DNA from: an uncultured Burkholderiales bacterium | GTDB taxonomy: Bacteria; Pseudomonadota; Gammaproteobacteria; Burkholderiales; Thiobacteraceae | Assembly (NCBI GenBank): GCA_964552595.1 | Contig: CAZKHT010000001.1 | Location: forward strand, 1-41,481 | Direction of reading: 5' to 3' | Length of the DNA stretch: 41,481 nt | In this document: positions 40,329 to 41,481 of the stretch, in pieces | How positions within the stretch are numbered: the first letter of the stretch is position 1 | Layout of the letters: every line of letters begins with the position of its first letter | Notes under the pieces: generated by a model | The model's input: only the letters and a program-made list of their open reading frames with translations | Database searches by the model: none | Told to the model about the DNA's origin: nothing | Position numbers and translations under genes: made by a program

Positions 40329-40855
40329 AGTTTATCGAAGCCGCCTTACCGGGGGTGTTTGTTATCGAGCCTGAGCCCGTAGAAGACGAGCGGGGTTTTT
40401 TCGCGCGGACTTTTTGCGCTCGGGAATTTGAGCAACAGGGCTTGGATGCTCGCTTGATGCAATGCAGCATTTCTTTCAATCCCTCAAAGGGGACTTTGCG
40501 CGGCATGCACTATCAAGCCCCACCCTTGGCGGAAGCAAAGTTGGTGCGTTGTACGCGCGGTGCGATCTTTGACGTGGTGGTCGACTTACGCCTGGACTCC
40601 CCAACCTATAAGCAATGGTTTGCGGCGCATTTAAGCGCGGAAAATTATCGAGCCCTTTATATACCTCAGGGTCTAGCCCACGGATTTCAAACCTTGGCGG
40701 ACGCTACGGAAGTGGCGTATCAAATGTCCGAATATTTTCACGCTGACAGTGCCAGGGGCGTGCGTTGGGACGACCCCGCGTTCGGCATACAATGGCCTGA
40801 TGATGTGCGGATCATTTCTGCCAAGGATCGCGCCTATCCGGATTTCTTGGCATGA
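40325..40855 (+). CDS. RmlC-like NDP-4-keto-6-deoxyhexose 3,5-epimerase
   Basis: LPGVFVIEP..VEDERGFF, GTLRGMHYQ, KLVRC.RGAIFDVVVDLR, LYIP.G.AHGF and RWDDP. The GTG start overlaps the methyltransferase stop (GTGA). The longest ORF (40229) is an artefactual extension. Confidence 0.88.
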   Translation: MKFIEAALPGVFVIEPEPVEDERGFFARTFCAREFEQQGLDARLMQCSISFNPSKGTLRGMHYQAPPLAEAKLVRCTRGAIFDVVVDLRLDSPTYKQWFAAHLSAENYRALYIPQGLAHGFQTLADATEVAYQMSEYFHADSARGVRWDDPAFGIQWPDDVRIISAKDRAYPDFLA

Positions 40856-41481
40856 GCCGAGTGCTGTTAACTGGCGCCACTGGTTTTATTGGTCGCCACG
40901 CTTTGCCGCTATTGCTCGAGCGTGGCTACGAAGTCCACGCGACCACGCAGGCATCGCTTTCGCACGAAGATGCCCCGGTGATTCATTGGCATCAAGTTGA
41001 TTTAATGAATGCGTCTGCAGTAACCGAATTAATCCAATCGATCAAACCCACTCACCTCCTACATTTCGCCTGGTATGCCGAACCGGGAAAATATGGGATG
41101 TCCGAGCAAAACTTCCTTTGGGTTCAAGCCAGCTTGGGTTTGTTGGAAGCCTTTGGAAAAAATGGGGGCGAGCGCGTGGTGATGGCTGGCAGTTGCGCGG
41201 AGTACGATAGCCGTTATGGATTTTGTATCGAGAACAAAACACCCATCCTGCCGACTTCTATTTATGGCGCCTGCAAAGCTGGCATGCAAAATTTGCTTGA
41301 AGCGTATGGCCAGCGATTCGGCATGAGCACAGCGTGGGGCAGAATCTTTCATCTCTATGGCCCGCATGAAAATCAGGCGCGTCTTGTGCCCTCGATTGTT
41401 CGCCCACTATTAGCGAAACAAGTGGCGCGGTCGACGCTTGGTGAGCAGCGGCGTGACTTCCTACATGTTCGTGATGTGGCG
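40852..41481 (+). CDS. NAD-dependent epimerase/dehydratase (extended SDR, probable 4-ketoreductase), 3' end outside window
   Basis: My own translation gives MSRVLLTGATGFIGRHALPLLLERGYEV ... YGACKAG ... RIFHLYGP ... DFLHVRDVA, open to the window edge. It has a GxxGxxG motif and a YxxxK motif. ATGA overlap with the epimerase gene. It is absent from the ORF track because no stop is reached. Confidence 0.8.
   Translation, partial: MSRVLLTGATGFIGRHALPLLLERGYEVHATTQASLSHEDAPVIHWHQVDLMNASAVTELIQSIKPTHLLHFAWYAEPGKYGMSEQNFLWVQASLGLLEAFGKNGGERVVMAGSCAEYDSRYGFCIENKTPILPTSIYGACKAGMQNLLEAYGQRFGMSTAWGRIFHLYGPHENQARLVPSIVRPLLAKQVARSTLGEQRRDFLHVRDVA

Overview
Chromosomal window from a Gram-negative bacterium. 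Gene order (rubredoxin-pilGHIJ-chpA, pcm-rhodanese-tolC, waaA-waaC) suggests a beta- or gammaproteobacterium; this is inference only. 1-9.9 kb holds the tail of a rubredoxin gene and a complete Pil-Chp twitching-motility chemosensory operon: pilG, pilH, pilI, pilJ and a 1987-aa multi-Hpt chpA/pilL. No pilK/chpB adaptation genes are present. 9.9-19.8 kb holds housekeeping genes: uppP, a Tat-exported dienelactone hydrolase, thiC behind a clear TPP riboswitch with an SD-sequestering helix, pcm, rhodanese, tolC, waaA and waaC. This stretch also contains a 1.2-kb orphan block (138-aa hypothetical, small ORF, minimal nucleotidyltransferase). 19.9-41.5 kb is one long plus-strand surface-glycan locus (LPS core, O-antigen or EPS). 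It encodes a core-type GT2, UDP-GlcA 4-epimerase, rfbB, rfbA, a TVP38/DedA-like membrane protein, a GT2, gmd, fcl, UDP-xylose synthase and an AsnB-type amidotransferase. It then encodes three GT4s, a second short-type Gmd, a GT2 and two overlapping methyltransferases. It ends with a translationally coupled five-gene cassette: CDP-glucose synthesis, C-methyltransferase, RmlC-like epimerase and an SDR that runs off the 3' edge. No flippase, polymerase, chain-length regulator or ABC exporter, and no tRNA, rRNA, CRISPR array, transposase or integrase, is visible. I do not see a clear-cut new defence or mobile system. The observations most worth a second look are as follows. (1) fcl is interrupted by two in-frame TAA codons but is otherwise intact, and its neighbours gmd and uxs carry substitutions at normally conserved positions. 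(2) The mosaic glycan locus has duplicated Gmd, tandem methyltransferases and a predicted C-methyl-branched CDP-6-deoxyhexose pathway. (3) The nucleotidyltransferase plus small-ORF cassette next to thiC is of unknown function. (4) A sigma54-like element lies within nested inverted repeats upstream of pilG. All functional calls rest on motif recognition by eye; no database search was run.
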